DNA from: Tubiluchus corallicola
Taxonomy: Eukaryota; Animalia; Priapulida
Assembly: GCA_030141605.1 (NCBI GenBank)
Contig: JAQGDQ010000022.1
Span: 310,001-374,000, forward strand
DNA length: 64,000 bases
Direction: 5' to 3'
Of the stretch, positions 48,001 to 62,200 are shown piece after piece; positions within the stretch are counted from its first letter, which is position 1, and each line of letters opens with the position of its first letter. A program made the position numbers and the translations under genes. The notes below the pieces were generated by a model, which searched no databases, had not been told where the DNA came from, and worked only from the letters and a program-made list of their open reading frames with translations.

Positions 48001-51000
48001 TTCCCAGTAAAAATGAATAAATGACATACTTGTTATGGTCACTCCAATCACAGCCAAAAACGCTGGCAGGATGCTTATATCGGGCTAATATCTTCCCATC
48101 TACCTGTCGAATGATGCTGCAATGAAATTACATTCAGTTGAATTTATGCTACGTCACTTATGTACACAACTAAGTTCATACGAGTATATTATGCAAGTGA
48201 ATAAAGATCAGGCCATAAAGGTCAGATTGAACATAGGAAAGTATAGTGTTCTTAACCTCTTACACTGAGCTTTGTAAAGAGGTAGAATAAGTGGTCAGCA
48301 AGAGAAAACCTGAAGCTGAGCGGGAAATCATGAATAACAACAAATCCTATGTGAACTTCTGCATACTAATTTATTAGTGACTGTATTTAAGAAAGAAGAG
48401 TTTCTAAGCAATGGTTTTCCCTGTTATACAATCCCTCTTTCAAGAATGTATATACCAGAAGTGCATAAGACACCTCTGCCAGTTCAGTACCTCATCTCAG
48501 ACTATCATCGTTGACAATGAGCTAGATTCCTGCCCCGCCACAACCACCAACATTATGTAGACCTGCACTTACCAAGAACCATCTCCTCCACAAGAAGCAA
48601 TTCTTCTGGGATCTTTGTAGTTCCACGCAATGCAGTAGACAGGAAATTTTCCATGCTGCAAAGACAAGCATAAGAATATCAAAAACATAAAAGATGTATT
48701 GTTTAACAAAGAAGTCTCCAAATTAATCACTGCATTCTGAACATCTTAATTATGAAAATAACAATGTTGCAACATTGTTCTTTCAAAAGCCGAAAAACAC
48801 ATACCTCCACGAAGCGCTGTATAACTTTGGATTTTCCAATATCCCAGATAAAGCAACCATTTTTAGCAGTTGCAGCAGCAATGCAGTTTAAATCAGCAGG
48901 CGCCCAGGACAGATGATAGATTATGCCTTCATTTCCTGGTGATGTGTCCACCTGATGAAATAATATAAACATAACTGAAAAATTCAGTTATAAAAGTGAA
49001 TTTATAATATGGGCAACGAGTTTTCAGCCTACGATGATTGGAAAGGAACACAAAAAGGAGAAAAAACTTGATGAATGACAATGATTTGTACCAAAGTGTA
49101 GCTTCCTTACTAACCTATTATTAAAAACAAGACTAAAAAATTTTCTGTTTTAATTGGAATAATTGAAAAATTAAAAAAAAATGTAAGCATCAAAACTTTT
49201 AGCTTAAACAAAAGCAATTTTGATACACAAAGCAACGAAAGTCTACCGAATTCATGGCATTAACATCCCAGATTTTTATCGTGCCATCAAAGCTTGCTGT
49301 AGCTAAAAGATCTGAGTTATCAGGCTTGAATTTGCAGTCAAATATTGTCTCAATATGGCCCTGAAAAACATAAATATATCAGTAGTGAAAATAACATTTG
49401 AAAATGGTCAGTGTATTGGAACCCATGTTTAAAATTATCATAATAAATTATCGATCTTACTTGGTCCCTAAGAAAATCCCACTTTCTTTTCCGCAGATCA
49501 TACAGTCCAATGCCGCCATCAAGAAATGCACATACAGCATGTCCACTAGGGGGCATGTACGACATTGTTGGTGTACTTGGAGAAGTAGGAACTTCACTAG
49601 TAGATGATGCATAATTATCTGAAATTTAAAGTAAAAGTTCCTGTAGTGCAAGATTTTGTAAGAAAATTCAGATTATGACATTAGTTCAAAATTTAAAGTA
49701 ATGTAAGTAAAATCTCAGAGTATGTGCACCCTAGAATTGTATGTGGATCACGGATAAAATAAATAAAGATTTACAAAACAATCATTTAACACTGCAAATT
49801 TTTTTTTAGTTAATTGAAGGATAATTCCTGTAGCATTGTTCGCAGATAGTAATATCAAGTCCACCAATTAGAAATTGAGCCTCTTACTTCAGAAGCCAAA
49901 CAACGGTCTGCAAGTTGGATAAATTTAGTGAAGCCAAAACATAATAAAAAATGAATTAGTCAAAGTCCAACACAATAGGTGTGAAAGCAGCGGACCCCTC
50001 TGAAGGAGTGTACGAGGTTTTTATAAAGAGAATAGAATTGGAAGCATGACAAGTTTGACGTAAATAGGGTTCCTCCACAAAAACTACAGAACATTGAGCC
50101 AGTCATAAAGGTCAGTAAAGTGACAAACTAGATGAATGTTATGATGCATTATTAATTACAAAAAACATAAAGTGTAAATCTATTGCATCTGCTATGAACC
50201 TTTATGGAGCTATTATCATCCAATAATATCTATCCCACTCATGAAAAAGATTTTACCCTTTGGGTTAATATAGTTGTCCCTGTGGGTTACCTAATGGTTA
50301 ATGAAATTACCAATTCATAATTTAATCAGTTCACAATGAACAAAGAGACCAGTGGTTATGTAGAAAACAAATACATTTTGCTATTTTTTGATTTAAATGA
50401 CGATCTCATTCATCATCTTCTCAGTCGATAATGTTGATTGTTAATATGCACTGGTTTGTTATATTTAGATTGACAAAATTTATTAGGATTATTTATACAT
50501 CTTTCACTGTCACAAGTCATTTAACGCATTATTTGACTGAAGTGGAATGCACAGACATCTAAACATTTCAGTTACAAAGATGTGGTCTTTCACCATTATT
50601 GACTTTCATCTTTGCTCTTTTTCTTCATTGTAAAGTCAGTGTGATGTCTTAGTTAGTCTATTCTTGCTTATTCCACAAGAAAATAGACTGTATCTGATAC
50701 AATGCACATCAAGTTTTATTTTGTTTAATGAATCTTTTGCACTTTGGCTCCACCAATTCTCTTTCTTTTGATGCTGGCATTAGACAACTCAACAGAAAGC
50801 AAAATATCAAAAAAACTCCTATTTTAACAATGCCCTATATACTGTAATGTACTTTTAAGATAAATGAAACATAGCCTGAACATCCCACAACTGCAAAAAA
50901 AACAGATACAAGGTACTGCCATAAAATATAAACATAAATAAAGAGTTTCAAGCTCAAATGAGAACACACTAAACAAACTCATAGTATCTGCAAATAAATG

Positions 51001-54000
51001 ACAAACCTTTGTACTTGTGTTGCCGCTGATCACTGGCAATAGAAACATCATAACTGAAAACGCACAGTGCGTGAAACCCAGTCTTTTTCAGCTTGATGCT
51101 TTCTAATGGCGTTGCCTTGGAAACAGTCCATATTCGAAGCAACCCGACTTGAACATCTAAAGCACAAAACATATAAATATCACTACCCAGTCTTTAGAAT
51201 GACAGTCCATTTAACAATGAAACTATTTCATTTCACTATGTCTGGCAAGGAATGCAAAAAGTTATAACAGCGAATATGAAACAGATGTAATATCACGATC
51301 TTAAAGGCAGTAATGGAATTCAAGATGGACGCACCCATTTTTCTGCCGTAAAAAATTTGTGCTGATGTTATTAAATGCTGCAAGGTTAATTAAACCCTCC
51401 TACAAACTCTACACTAGCAACTAATATGTCTGCCAACATTGGCAAGTTAAATAACTTATGGCTTATGACAAGGCCCAAGTGATACTTGTTCCAAGTCTAA
51501 CAAGTCCAAGGCCTAAAGTAGCTTTCACAAAAATTTGAGTTTCCTTTAAGAAACTGCTGGTATAACAAATTTCTGATAAAAATTATAGAGTAATCTTTCC
51601 TGTTCAGACATATGGCACTCAGAATACTGACTTTGCATAACAAATAAGACATTTGTTTACCGAAAACTGTATATTAATCTAAGCAACTTTACTCATTACA
51701 GCAAACTGGAGACGCAGTATTACCTATTGCTAAATTTATATTACAGAAGCCATTCAAAAAAGTTAAAATTTAACTTGAAGATGTAACAAACAGATAATGA
51801 GAATTCTCTCTTAAATTGATTACTGATTAGTGATATGATAAAATTTTTTCAGGTAAAAATTAATTGAAAAGTAACATAACATTAAAGTAACGAAAGGTAA
51901 TGTCTATATACTTGCAGCAGCTGTTTAAAACAGGGTATATGTAATAAAGAAAAATAAGTACACATATAATGATGCTATCAGCAAAACTCTTTTACACATA
52001 TCACAGTTATTCAATAATAATAATATTAACTGGTGAATATAGACCCTGAGTAAAATTTCTATTCCCGTTCTACCACATTTAAAAACACAAATGGAAAATT
52101 AAAGAAATCACATACCGCCAGTTACAAACATTCCTGGTGCCGAAGACAACCATGCCATGCTGCTAATCTGTGAAGCCGCACTGGGCAAAACAAATTTCAT
52201 CACTTGAGTCAAAGTGTTAACGTCCACGAGCTGCAACCCACAGCGAAGGTTAGCCACCAAGAGGTAGTCATTAGACAAAGGGTCCCACCGAATATCATGT
52301 ATGGGATCCCATTCTTGCTCACCAGAGCTGACATTTTCGATATTCCTTAAAATGTGTTTATGTGACTTTGAGCCTAAATTGTACCAAATGTATCACATTA
52401 GTTCAGATGCAAATAACACATCAAGTAATGCAAGGATTAAATAACAGAGATCATATATAACTAAAAAAAATTGTCATGAAATGCAGCCTATTAACAAGCT
52501 GTGACCTTATATGAATTTTTCCTACCAGAATTGCATATAGAAATACTTCCATCAACATGTCCAAAAGCAATACGACCAGGCTTCTTATGGTGGTACCTAG
52601 AAAGAACAATAATTGTCCAGAACTATTTTTAGTATCCACTGTACACCTCAGGTTAGAGAATCAAAAGTTGTTAAGCACATTTTTGTCTTGAACACTAAGA
52701 GACACTTTTAAAATGAAGTTTCTTATGCGACTGGATTGCTTAATAACTGAAGACTTGCGTCTGGCACAAAATTCCATATACTGTAAACATCTCTTGTTTT
52801 GCAAGGCCTTGTGAGAAACAACAATCCTAAGATGCCATTTCTGCTCCTTCTATATGACTTTTGATATTCAAAACAAAAAATGTGCTTTACATTCAGACAA
52901 CAGTGTGTAGTACAAGAGTAGAAGGAAGTTTTAGAACAACGTCATGTCAACGGTGACTTGCCACTACCTAGTAATTTCCAGTAACTTAACGAAGAACCAA
53001 ATTGTGGCAACAACATTCTTACTCTTTTTACACACAGATATTGTTAATTTATACAAAGAGAGTATAAAAGTACGATATTTCAATGGATAAATTAATTAAT
53101 GGATGTAAATAATTTTACATTCATAAAATGTCGCGTCAAATATGTGATGTCCTAAAGGTAATCTAGCAGCTAAGAAAAATAGAATATTAGAGTTAAATAG
53201 TCAAATTTTTGCTGATCGATCAACTTGAATGAGGTCACGTCCTCATATATTTAACAGCAGGCCCATAGTATTTCATCATACGGAATTTTGAAAAAAATTC
53301 TGGAATGCTTACATAAAAGTTATGAAGAACTACTAATGATAACATACCAAAATTGTATTTTATACTACAACCACACTACATTTACCTCACCAATATGCTA
53401 TCATCATTCTTGTGTAACTGCTGTTTGTACGACAATGAATGAAATCACGTGCTGACAAATTCTCACAAAATGTTGATCAATAATGGTAGTTATGACAAGG
53501 GTACCGACTGTCACCACAATTCCTTAATAAATTCGTTAACCTGAAGATTAACTCTGCTCACCTAAATACCGTAACATTGTACTGAAAACCTGCCGTATCT
53601 CTCAGTGGCAAAACACTGGCCGTTTCACTTCCAAACCTCCACTGAAAGAGTGGACCTTGGGCATGAATGAAACCGACAGTATCCTTCTCGTGCGGCGACC
53701 ACCCCAGGCAAACGGGGATTCCTGATGAAAGAAATAATGCACAAATAAACAGCCACAAAGTCAAACAAAAATTACTAAAAATGATCAAGAAACAATTGCC
53801 AGATATTTATAACAGATCAAATAAGAAACTGTACTGTAGCCTTGATTTTACAGTTAAAATTATTTGCAAATGAATCTGCTATACTGTAGAGGCTCATCAA
53901 GGATAATCTTAACAAAACAAAGACGTAAATCAAAGCAGAACTGAGTGCACATCTGCACAGGCAAAATTACCAAACATTTAAACATGTTTACCTTTTGTAT

Positions 54001-57000
54001 TCTCTGCTGTGGCCACTACTCTTTGATCAGCTATATTGAATACCAGCAGTGTGTTATCTGCACCAGAACTGGCTAGCATGTCTGTGTTATGTGGATTCCA
54101 TGCAATAGATGTGATTGTCTTTTTGTGTTCACAAATAATACTGCTAAGCTTGAACTTCCCATACTGATCATGAAGCTGTAAAATGTATAGTGTCGTTAGT
54201 TAGTCAACTCATTACTCAAGTAAGGTGTAACATTTTCATGACAGACAGAACAACAGCTTGCAAAGGTGGAAAATTACTCAGTCCCTTCGAAACATTCACT
54301 ATTACTTTGCATTTTACAATATCTGGAATTAATTTAGCAGTAATCAAACAGGGTAAAAAAAATTACGACAGTGCAAAAATCAGGCAAATATTTAGCGCAA
54401 AAGTTTTATTTATTTACAGCATATTGATTCCATAGTTAAATCATAGGACATACATACATACATACATGGCTCACAGTGAACCTGTCCATATCGTAAAGCA
54501 GACGATTTATTTGATAAATCCTGCTTTTGCCTGTGGCAATAATTCTTGCCACAAAGCAGTAACACAGAGAAAATTGCAGAAAATTGATCCCAGTTTTTCA
54601 CTACAGCAAAGCCAGCACAAATACAGGCAGGTGAAAACTGCAAACATCGGCCTTTTCTAGTAAATCTATACCAAAGTTTTGCTTTGATTTCTCGTGCCAC
54701 ACAAATAACTTAATAACCCTATACAAAACTGGTGATTTTTAAGAAACGCATGTTTTCCAAACCGAAAAACATTTATGTTGAGAAAGAATCAATCAGCAGC
54801 CAAACAATAATTAAAAGAAAAAATAAATGTGGTTACAATTTCAAATTATTACAAGAAAAATTACTCGTTTTTTATCACAGTAACAGTTATTAAAAAGTGA
54901 CTAATACAATTCACTTTGTAGCAAGGTTGTAACAAAGGGGATAAGGCACCCGCACTTTGTAGGACTGAAGTGGATGCGATATTCACTCTGGGCAGTACAA
55001 ATCTTCATAAACTTGGCTGTTTACCTCATGGAGAGAGGATGAATATACTTTCAAACGTGGCTGAGACACCTCTGGTGGTTCACAAGTTCATCATAGAGGG
55101 CTATGCTTGATAATAGGACACACTCTGGTCATGCCACAAACACCTCGTTGAGTAGGCCCTGTATTCGAGTGCTTTCTGGCATGTAGCGTGCCAAAGTGTA
55201 AAAAAAACAAAAAAACAATAACCAAACATCAGATCGCAAATTGCATATTCCATCTATTCAGACAGGGAATACGTCATATACCAAGGTAAATGACTTATCG
55301 TCAAGGCAGATGTCCAATGTAAATATTCAAGCAACAGCCTCCTGTAACAGTGATTAATACTGAATAGAGACAGCTCATCAATAATAATATAACGATAAGC
55401 AGACAACAGAGTACAGTAGAATAATGCAGGGCAGGTATGGATCCCCTCACAATCTCCAGCGGCAAACACCTATGAAAAATTGATTGTCGACTTTACATCG
55501 AGCTTAGAGATGATAATTAGCTACCATTGCATTTCCTCAATGTGATCACAATGGAAATATTTATACAGTCAGGTAGACTGCATAATTAAGCGAATCCATT
55601 AAGTAGATGATAACCCAATAATAAATGATTGTGAATAGCTTTCCAAAACAAACCTATACTTAAACATCACCATTATGTTATAGGCCTAATTAACATACTC
55701 CAAGAAAGCCACAGGGAGATATTTATTGAGTGTTTGCAAGGCATAAGCATCACTGGAAATGACTAGTTTCCCAAAATGACAAGTGACCCTAGTATGAGTC
55801 TGGCCAAGAAATGTACTTTTACTCGTAATATTCAGCTATTCCAATATTACCTTCTAGGGGTGGATGGGTTGCAAAAAACATCATTAATAACAAAATAATT
55901 ATCAGTGAGAAAGTAGCAGTTTAAAAATTATACGAGAATTATACAAGTTGCTTTTAAATGCAATAATTTGCCACATCACCACCCAGTATCTAACATGCAA
56001 TTGTATGCTTACTGCTAATGTAGCTACTACAATTGTGGCAGCACTGGCAAATAATTCATTAACAAGGACAAGTAACCCTTTCAGGTAATGTGCAATAGTC
56101 ATTATCCCCTCTCTGACTCCTTAGGGAATAATACAAAATTATTACTCAGTCACACCACAGGTATGGATACATGAAAGTCAGCATCAAAAGCCACATTCAA
56201 TTTCATGCAAAAATGGCATTTTGAATTTTTTTTTTATGGTTTACCCTCAAAGAGGATAGACAAGAAAAATGTCTGTTACTGCGTTGGTAGTTCCATATAG
56301 ACATAGACATAGAACATTTATTTTCTCCAATTAGTTTAACATCAAAAGTTTTTTAAATATTAAGTAATTATAATCATGGAGCAGGGCAGAGAAGGACCAT
56401 AGGGTCATCTAGTCTCCTGCCCTTTCTTATAAATAGATTAGTATATTAAAAATTAAAAATTAACGCTGATGCTGCAGATAACAAAAACAAATAAGAAAAA
56501 AATAATAATGAAAACAGTATAAATGGTACAAATTATCAAAAAAGAACTGAAAACAAAAAATAATAAAGTTGGATACCTAAATCTAAACAAAAGAATACAA
56601 TTGTATTCAGCAATTAGGATTATTATATGTAGTAGTTTCAAACGGGGTCTTATTAAGAGGGGAATTTGACCAAGGTTAGTGAGTAAAGGTAAAAACTGAG
56701 AGTATAGAAATAAATAAGCATGAAAAAAGTGTAATATAGAAAAATTTATGAGAAAAAGTAAGTATGAGAAAGAGCAACAATTACTTAGGAGATGGACTAC
56801 AAAACACATAGCTACATGTGCATTTTTATTAAATATTCCAGTAAGTTGCCAGAGCAACCCAACATACTTTACTTGATTATACAAATGACAGAATTTATGT
56901 GTACAGGAAAAACAAAAATGACAATATTTTCAATAATCTAAAGATGGCTCATTCTTACTGTGCTAAATTATTGTTTGGTGACTCACACACTATATAGTCT

Positions 57001-59256
57001 ATATGCTTACATTTAATGCAAGATTTTATTATTCAAATTTATTATCTCTACAGAGATCTATGTAACATACAATGAAGTTTGCGGCCAGCCTACAGGCTGA
57101 ATCAAGTAGTAGTCACAGTTCTAGGCTTGGCATCTCATCAAATGCTTACATGTTTTGCAAATCATAACAAAATCAAGCTGTTAAATTGTGTAACGAGTTA
57201 TTTCTAAGCAAGACTTTTTATTTACTCTGCAAATTTAATAAGAAAAATGGGGAAGAAAAAATATAGTACATGTATTAGTCTGTCTACAAACAGAAATTGA
57301 AGGTCGAACAGCCTACAAGCTCAGTGCACCCAACTGTATCGACTGATAATTGACAACGAAATCGAGAGCGAATTTATAAGTTCTAAAAATGTCCAAGTAT
57401 GTGCAAGACTAAATTATGACATTTGACTTAGTATAGAGTGTAAGAAAAGTTTTGAACAGTGTAACGAGATTACAGAAAAAAGGTGTTGTTTCATAAATTT
57501 AGTGTAACTACAAAGCCATTGCACAGTAAGTGCACTAATTCTTCTCATCTACAAATTTCTGCACTAATCCATCACTACAGCAATACTAAGCCTCAGCTTA
57601 TATAACTACATGTCCGCAAGTATATGACAAATAAACGTGACATTAACGGCTGGTTCGATAAAGGGAAAGCGAAGCAAAAACTGAAAGACATGGCCAGAAG
57701 ACAAGTAATTTATTTTCCTACAAAATAGAAGGTTCAAACAAGGTGAACTGCAACTGAATTGAATTGAATTAAATTTAGTTACATTGATACATAGACCACC
57801 CATGGAACTTGCTTATAGTGGCAAAAGCACAAAAACTGAATGTGCGTCAAAGACTGTTCAGGACAAACAGACCTTGCATTGAAAAAGTACAACATTTTAC
57901 TGACTTTGCCTAATTCTTTATTTCGAACTTAAATTCATAATATAATTTAAATATTTACAACATAGAACATAATAAAAAAACAATAAAAACAAATCACACA
58001 ATAATGTACTTAATGTTAGTGCTCTGCACGATAAAGAAGCAAAACACATCAATATATCAACATTTGCATGAGGGTATCTATTTCCATTCATATGCAAGTG
58101 GCTTCCCAACTGCAATATTTTTTATTTTATTTTTGTTTTTATTTTACTTCACATTCATTTCAAATATACATTAAAAATAAACTATAAAACAATAAAAACA
58201 TGAACGTGCGGAAGAGACATAATGACAAGCTGATTACATATCATAACCAACGAAGAATTTACTACTTAAAATGAGATTTAACAAATATAAATCAATTTCT
58301 ATAACACCATCTGTTCGTTGAAGACTTCCTAAAATTAATTCTTCACGAGGATAGTGAATATAAACACATTCATGGCAGTCTCGGAAATACTGTTGGATAT
58401 CATTTTTGCCCAGTCTCTGAAATACTGTTGGATATCATTTTTGCCATACAAAGACGTACATTCTTTTTTCAAATAAACTATCTCAAATGAGATACTCTAG
58501 AGAGGGGATACAATTAACAATACAAAAAAAATGACATCAAAACAAAACACTCGATTTATAAACAGCTATTCAGCATCTAGGTATGATAAAGGTGAAGGCG
58601 AGTAAAATTAAAGAACATCACCAAATTGACAAGTATTTTGAGATATATAATGTCTTAGTTTCACTTGACGTAAATAGCTAAAGGAAGTTTGGCAGCTAAA
58701 ACCGACGAAAATAGTTTGCTGGTGGTCATATGTCCCTTTTCAAATTATTGACCTGCTTGGCATTACTTAACTTTGAACGCTAATACACATCGAGACCACT
58801 AAGTTGATGTCAGTCATTCATGCACAGCTGAAACCTGCATTCTTAGCAAAATGAATTCACAATTACAAATAAAAGTACAAGGTTATACGTAAAACATAAA
58901 AACCGTACAAACAATAAACGACAAAAACGTTGCATTTGCAAGAATAACATGGATAGACAGCAAAATATAAAAGTCATGTATGTAAAATAAGCAAATGCTT
59001 TCAAACATACATAGCCAGCGTAGAACAGCACGATTTATGTAGAATATTAGAATAACCAAATACATTATAAACATACATAGTCAGCGTAAAACAATATCAC
59101 TTACGTAACATAAGTAATTACCTTATAAACATACGTAGCCAGTGTGGAACAATAAGCAAAACGATCCTGTGTGCAGGCACAAACATCCCTATTCCACGGC
59201 TGGCATCCGGCTGACAGCAAACTAACTTGCTTTAACATGGACATTTTTTTCCTCAT
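33088..59256 (-). CDS. WDR17: WD repeat-containing protein 17; 28 constitutive coding exons, about 1294 aa
   Basis: Exons (minus) 59256-59122, 54175-53992, 53721-53562, 52596-52526, 52373-52116, 51156-51007, 49618-49461, 49360-49247, 48951-48805, 48655-48573, 48116-48030, 46601-46437, 46245-46043, 45590-45441, 45022-44883, 44070-43945, 43196-43038, 41990-41926, 41194-40973, 40344-40245, 39353-39217, 37507-37396, 37166-37022, 36347-36245, 35793-35692, 35019-34909, 34117-33940, 33207-33088 (3885 nt, phases consistent). Diagnostic peptides KQVSLLSAGCQPWNRDVCA, EHKKTITSIAW, GHIETIFDCKFKP, LLISGSWDYTIRVWD, WEKALSVAPGVSMEYW, GPVFFLEDGRSAVSLNEALMWAKVNAFSPLG...INPF*. Three in-frame ATGs (59256, 59244, 59238), so the true start is uncertain. 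Confidence 0.95.
34175..34300 (+). mobile_element. Second, more degenerate 5S-derived SINE-like copy
   Basis: aagttaaacaacactgagtctggtcagtgaatagatg shares the non-5S string CAACACTGAGT with the copy at 21703. Confidence 0.6.
38052..38072 (-). other. Candidate 21-nt microexon of WDR17 (W replaced by CIPPFDHR)
   Basis: Minus strand gtttcttttttaag|CATACCTCCCTTTGACCACAG|gtaagt; phase 2-2, frame-preserving, no stop. Confidence 0.7.
38630..38783. repeat. ~32-bp minisatellite, about 5 copies (tcagggccttcatgtctatttttaattctttt-like)
   Basis: Directly visible degenerate tandem units. Confidence 0.8.
43283..43670. repeat. Degenerate ~30-bp minisatellite (catatttccacttatggaaacacagtttcaa-like)
   Basis: Recurrent tttccact/ctta/agtttc motifs at about 30-bp spacing. 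Confidence 0.65.
47849..47860 (-). other. Candidate 12-nt microexon of WDR17 (adds LSTG)
   Basis: Minus strand tctaatgtttttgcag|GTTATCTACTGG|gtaagt: branch-like CTAAT, pyrimidine tract, consensus donor; phase 2-2, frame-preserving, no stop. Confidence 0.7.
54928..55220 (+). mobile_element. Possible retroposed (SINE-like) insert with an A-rich tail
   Basis: GC-richer island in an AT-rich intron, ending in aaaaaaaacaaaaaaacaataac; family not recognised. Confidence 0.35.
56296..56900 (-). mobile_element. Decayed LINE (CR1/L2-group-like) 3' fragment
   Basis: Minus strand ends with the stem-loop agggcaggaga...ttctctgccct, then AATAAA and a (TCTATG)n tail. The upstream part is only faintly reminiscent of an RT C-terminus. 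Confidence 0.45.
58376..58445. repeat. Recent 35-bp tandem duplication
   Basis: cagtctc(g/t)gaaatactgttggatatcatttttgcc x2, 34/35 identical. Confidence 0.95.
58993..59154. repeat. Degenerate tandem copies of the WDR17 exon-1 3' end and donor site
   Basis: 59117-59154 versus 59059-59096 is 31/38 identical; a third weaker copy lies at about 58993-59028. Confidence 0.8.
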
Positions 59257-62200
59257 AAAGGTGCCTGCAAAAGTGATAACACATTAGCAATGAATGTCAA
59301 ACTATCATAGCCATAAAACGAAGATGGATTGAGTAAAATAAGGCCATCAGATAGAGTTTTAAATCAAAATTCTACTGCACGGATCACAATAGCATGGCTT
59401 TTAGTAATACTATCAGGAACAAGCTGTTTCATCCAGAATAAAATCAATGATTGCTAGCAAGGTTAAAAGAGACAGAAGCCACTAGAAAGGCACTCAGATG
59501 AAAACTCGCATGTCACAAGTTACAATTAAACTTTCATTACAGCCATAGAGCTGATAAACAACCGTCAACCGTAACAACTAAAGCTTATGCTCACAAGTCA
59601 TAATTTACTTGTTTGCAAAATTGATTGTATATCTTTGTTCATATTATGTCTTACAGGAAAGAATGGGTCGATATTATTTCCACAGATAAAAGTTCACTGG
59701 TACATGTATAGATACGTGTACAGATGTGTGTATGTGTGCGTGTTTGTGAATTCAAATATAGTGACATATCACTAGTAGTCAGCAGGTCGCTCTGACTGAT
59801 TGTGCATGTAACTTAGGATGAGCTCACAGGCCTGTTTTTTTGCTATATTGAATCAGTAACTCAAATCACAGAGCACATGCTCTGAAAGCACAAGATCCAG
59901 AGTGCAAGTGCTGGTTGACTTACAATTTTTCAGCCTCCTTCTTTAATTAATTAGTTATTTAGACTAACTGTTTAAGTGTAATGTCTTTCTTAATGTGTGC
60001 GAACATAATATAAAGTAATGAAATATTATGTTATGATAAGTCAGATAAGATATGATATGGTATGTTATAATATAAATATAATATAAATTCAGTACATTCA
60101 TAAGTGGGTGAGTTTTATTCCACATATTAGCAGTAGTGTTTGCTAGACTTTCTAAAATACTTTATCGTGTTGTCTTTATGATTAATACATTAATATTTAC
60201 AAATTCTCCTCTGCCTTCGAATCATTTTAATTTTCCTCTACGCTGAACAGCAACTTCGCTTGAACACTCTGATTAACCAAATAAATCAAGTGAACAAAAT
60301 AGCGAAACTAATCAAATCAGATTAATCGGGCAGCTGCGGAACATTAACCGATCGATTCTACAAGGTGAATGTAAAATAATGAACAATTCATTCCACTGAA
60401 AACATAAAGATAAAGTACTATAAAGCACTATTAAACATACAACGCAACTTACAATTTAATGTAGTGAAGATAATAGGGATGAAGATAAAATAAAGATAAT
60501 TGGGTGAGATGAAAACTGAGTGTCATGGAATGTGCTTACAAAAATGGGAATGGGTAGGTGACTATCATGAATTTCACTTCTGGGCAGCTTCACCTGTGCC
60601 CACCTAATTGACTGTTGAGGAAGTATGCATATATATATATATATATATATCCACAGGAGATATGCTACAGATATGCAGCAGATATACTGCCTTGCAGCAT
60701 ACCAACAACTTTTTGCTTAGAAGTTTATTATAATTTTCCTACAACAAAAATGTAAGAAAGTTGTGATTTTTTACACAAAAAGTTATTTTTGTCTTTCCAG
60801 TGCAATTATGGCAGAAAGTGCTTTTCATCAAATGGTAAAAACCACGCATTTAATTTAGTCAACCCAAAAAGCTATTTTACAGAAATCAAGACAGCAATAC
60901 CAGTACGACGTCTTTAGCACAGTACAGCCTAAGTGTGAACCTAAGGAAATTCACACAAAAACTCCACCTTTCAATAGTAGAACACAGATTATTGTACAAC
61001 ACAAACAACAGAAAGGAAAACAAGTAATTGCATATATTACTCTGCATATTCCTCTTTACTCTATGCAAGCAGGTGTACAGAACATGTGGCAAATAAAACA
61101 GTAGGTTGACAATGCAGGTTAGTTCACAACTATGACTTAACAACTTCCTAGAATGAAGTTCAATAAAAGAACTGTAACTGTGGTACTTCAAGCGATTAAG
61201 TAATGTCAATTCAACCATCAAACAAATTACGATTAAAACACATTCACATCAACAATGTGTATATTACGATAATATGCAGTTACTTACGAATGTATCAACA
61301 GCATCTCTTAACACATAGTATAACTTTAATGTGATGGTCTGGTTTTCCCATACCATCCTGGTAGTGTAATTTCTTGTAAGTTTTACCCTTTTTAAGTTCA
61401 GAACAGCCACCTTCAATGAGAGAGAGGTAACAATTAATGAGAAAAAGGTAACCATTAATGACATTAATTTTGATTATGTATGTGTATAATAAGTGCAGAA
61501 GATTATAAGTTTCATTGTGTTGGAGTCCCACCTGTTAGCAGAAAAAGTTGTTTTTGTACTAAAAACTATCTTAATCTAAATGAATATTGAAATTGAACAG
61601 TTTTGTTTAGCTAATCATGTACCTTCTTTTGGAATCTGGATTTTGATTGGCTTCCTTTTAAATCAACAGTGCCAAAAAAACTGTACTGAATGACCTGAGA
61701 TGTGACGTCATTCGTCATTTTAACGTCTTGATCTTGTTCTGTATAGACATACATGTTTGTCCAGGGACATTGTGAATCAAAGTAGTTCTTACCATAAAAT
61801 CATCACGGTTCTAGTGAGCTACATATACATGCTGTTTCAACTTTCAATTGTTGCATGCAGGGACGAGTTAGCATCCATTAAGATAAGGTATGGAGACTGA
61901 AGGGCCCCTACTTACAAACATCGAGTCTGTTCTGTAATTAACTGATCAATGCATGTGAATGAACGTTTTCCAGTTGAAAGTCTCAGAATAAATCATCCTA
62001 TGCTAAAGGCTAAATGGTTCCAGGATCTGTGGAGTCAAAATCTAGCCAGAATGGAGATCGGAGTTAGTGGAAAGATTCTAGCCAGAGCGGAGACAGTGGT
62101 TAGTTGGAATGGAGTCAGAGGTTAGTCAGAGCAGAGCAAGCAACAGCTAGAGTGGCGACAAAGGCTTCATGAGTAAAGAAGGATCAAACGAAGTGGCAAG

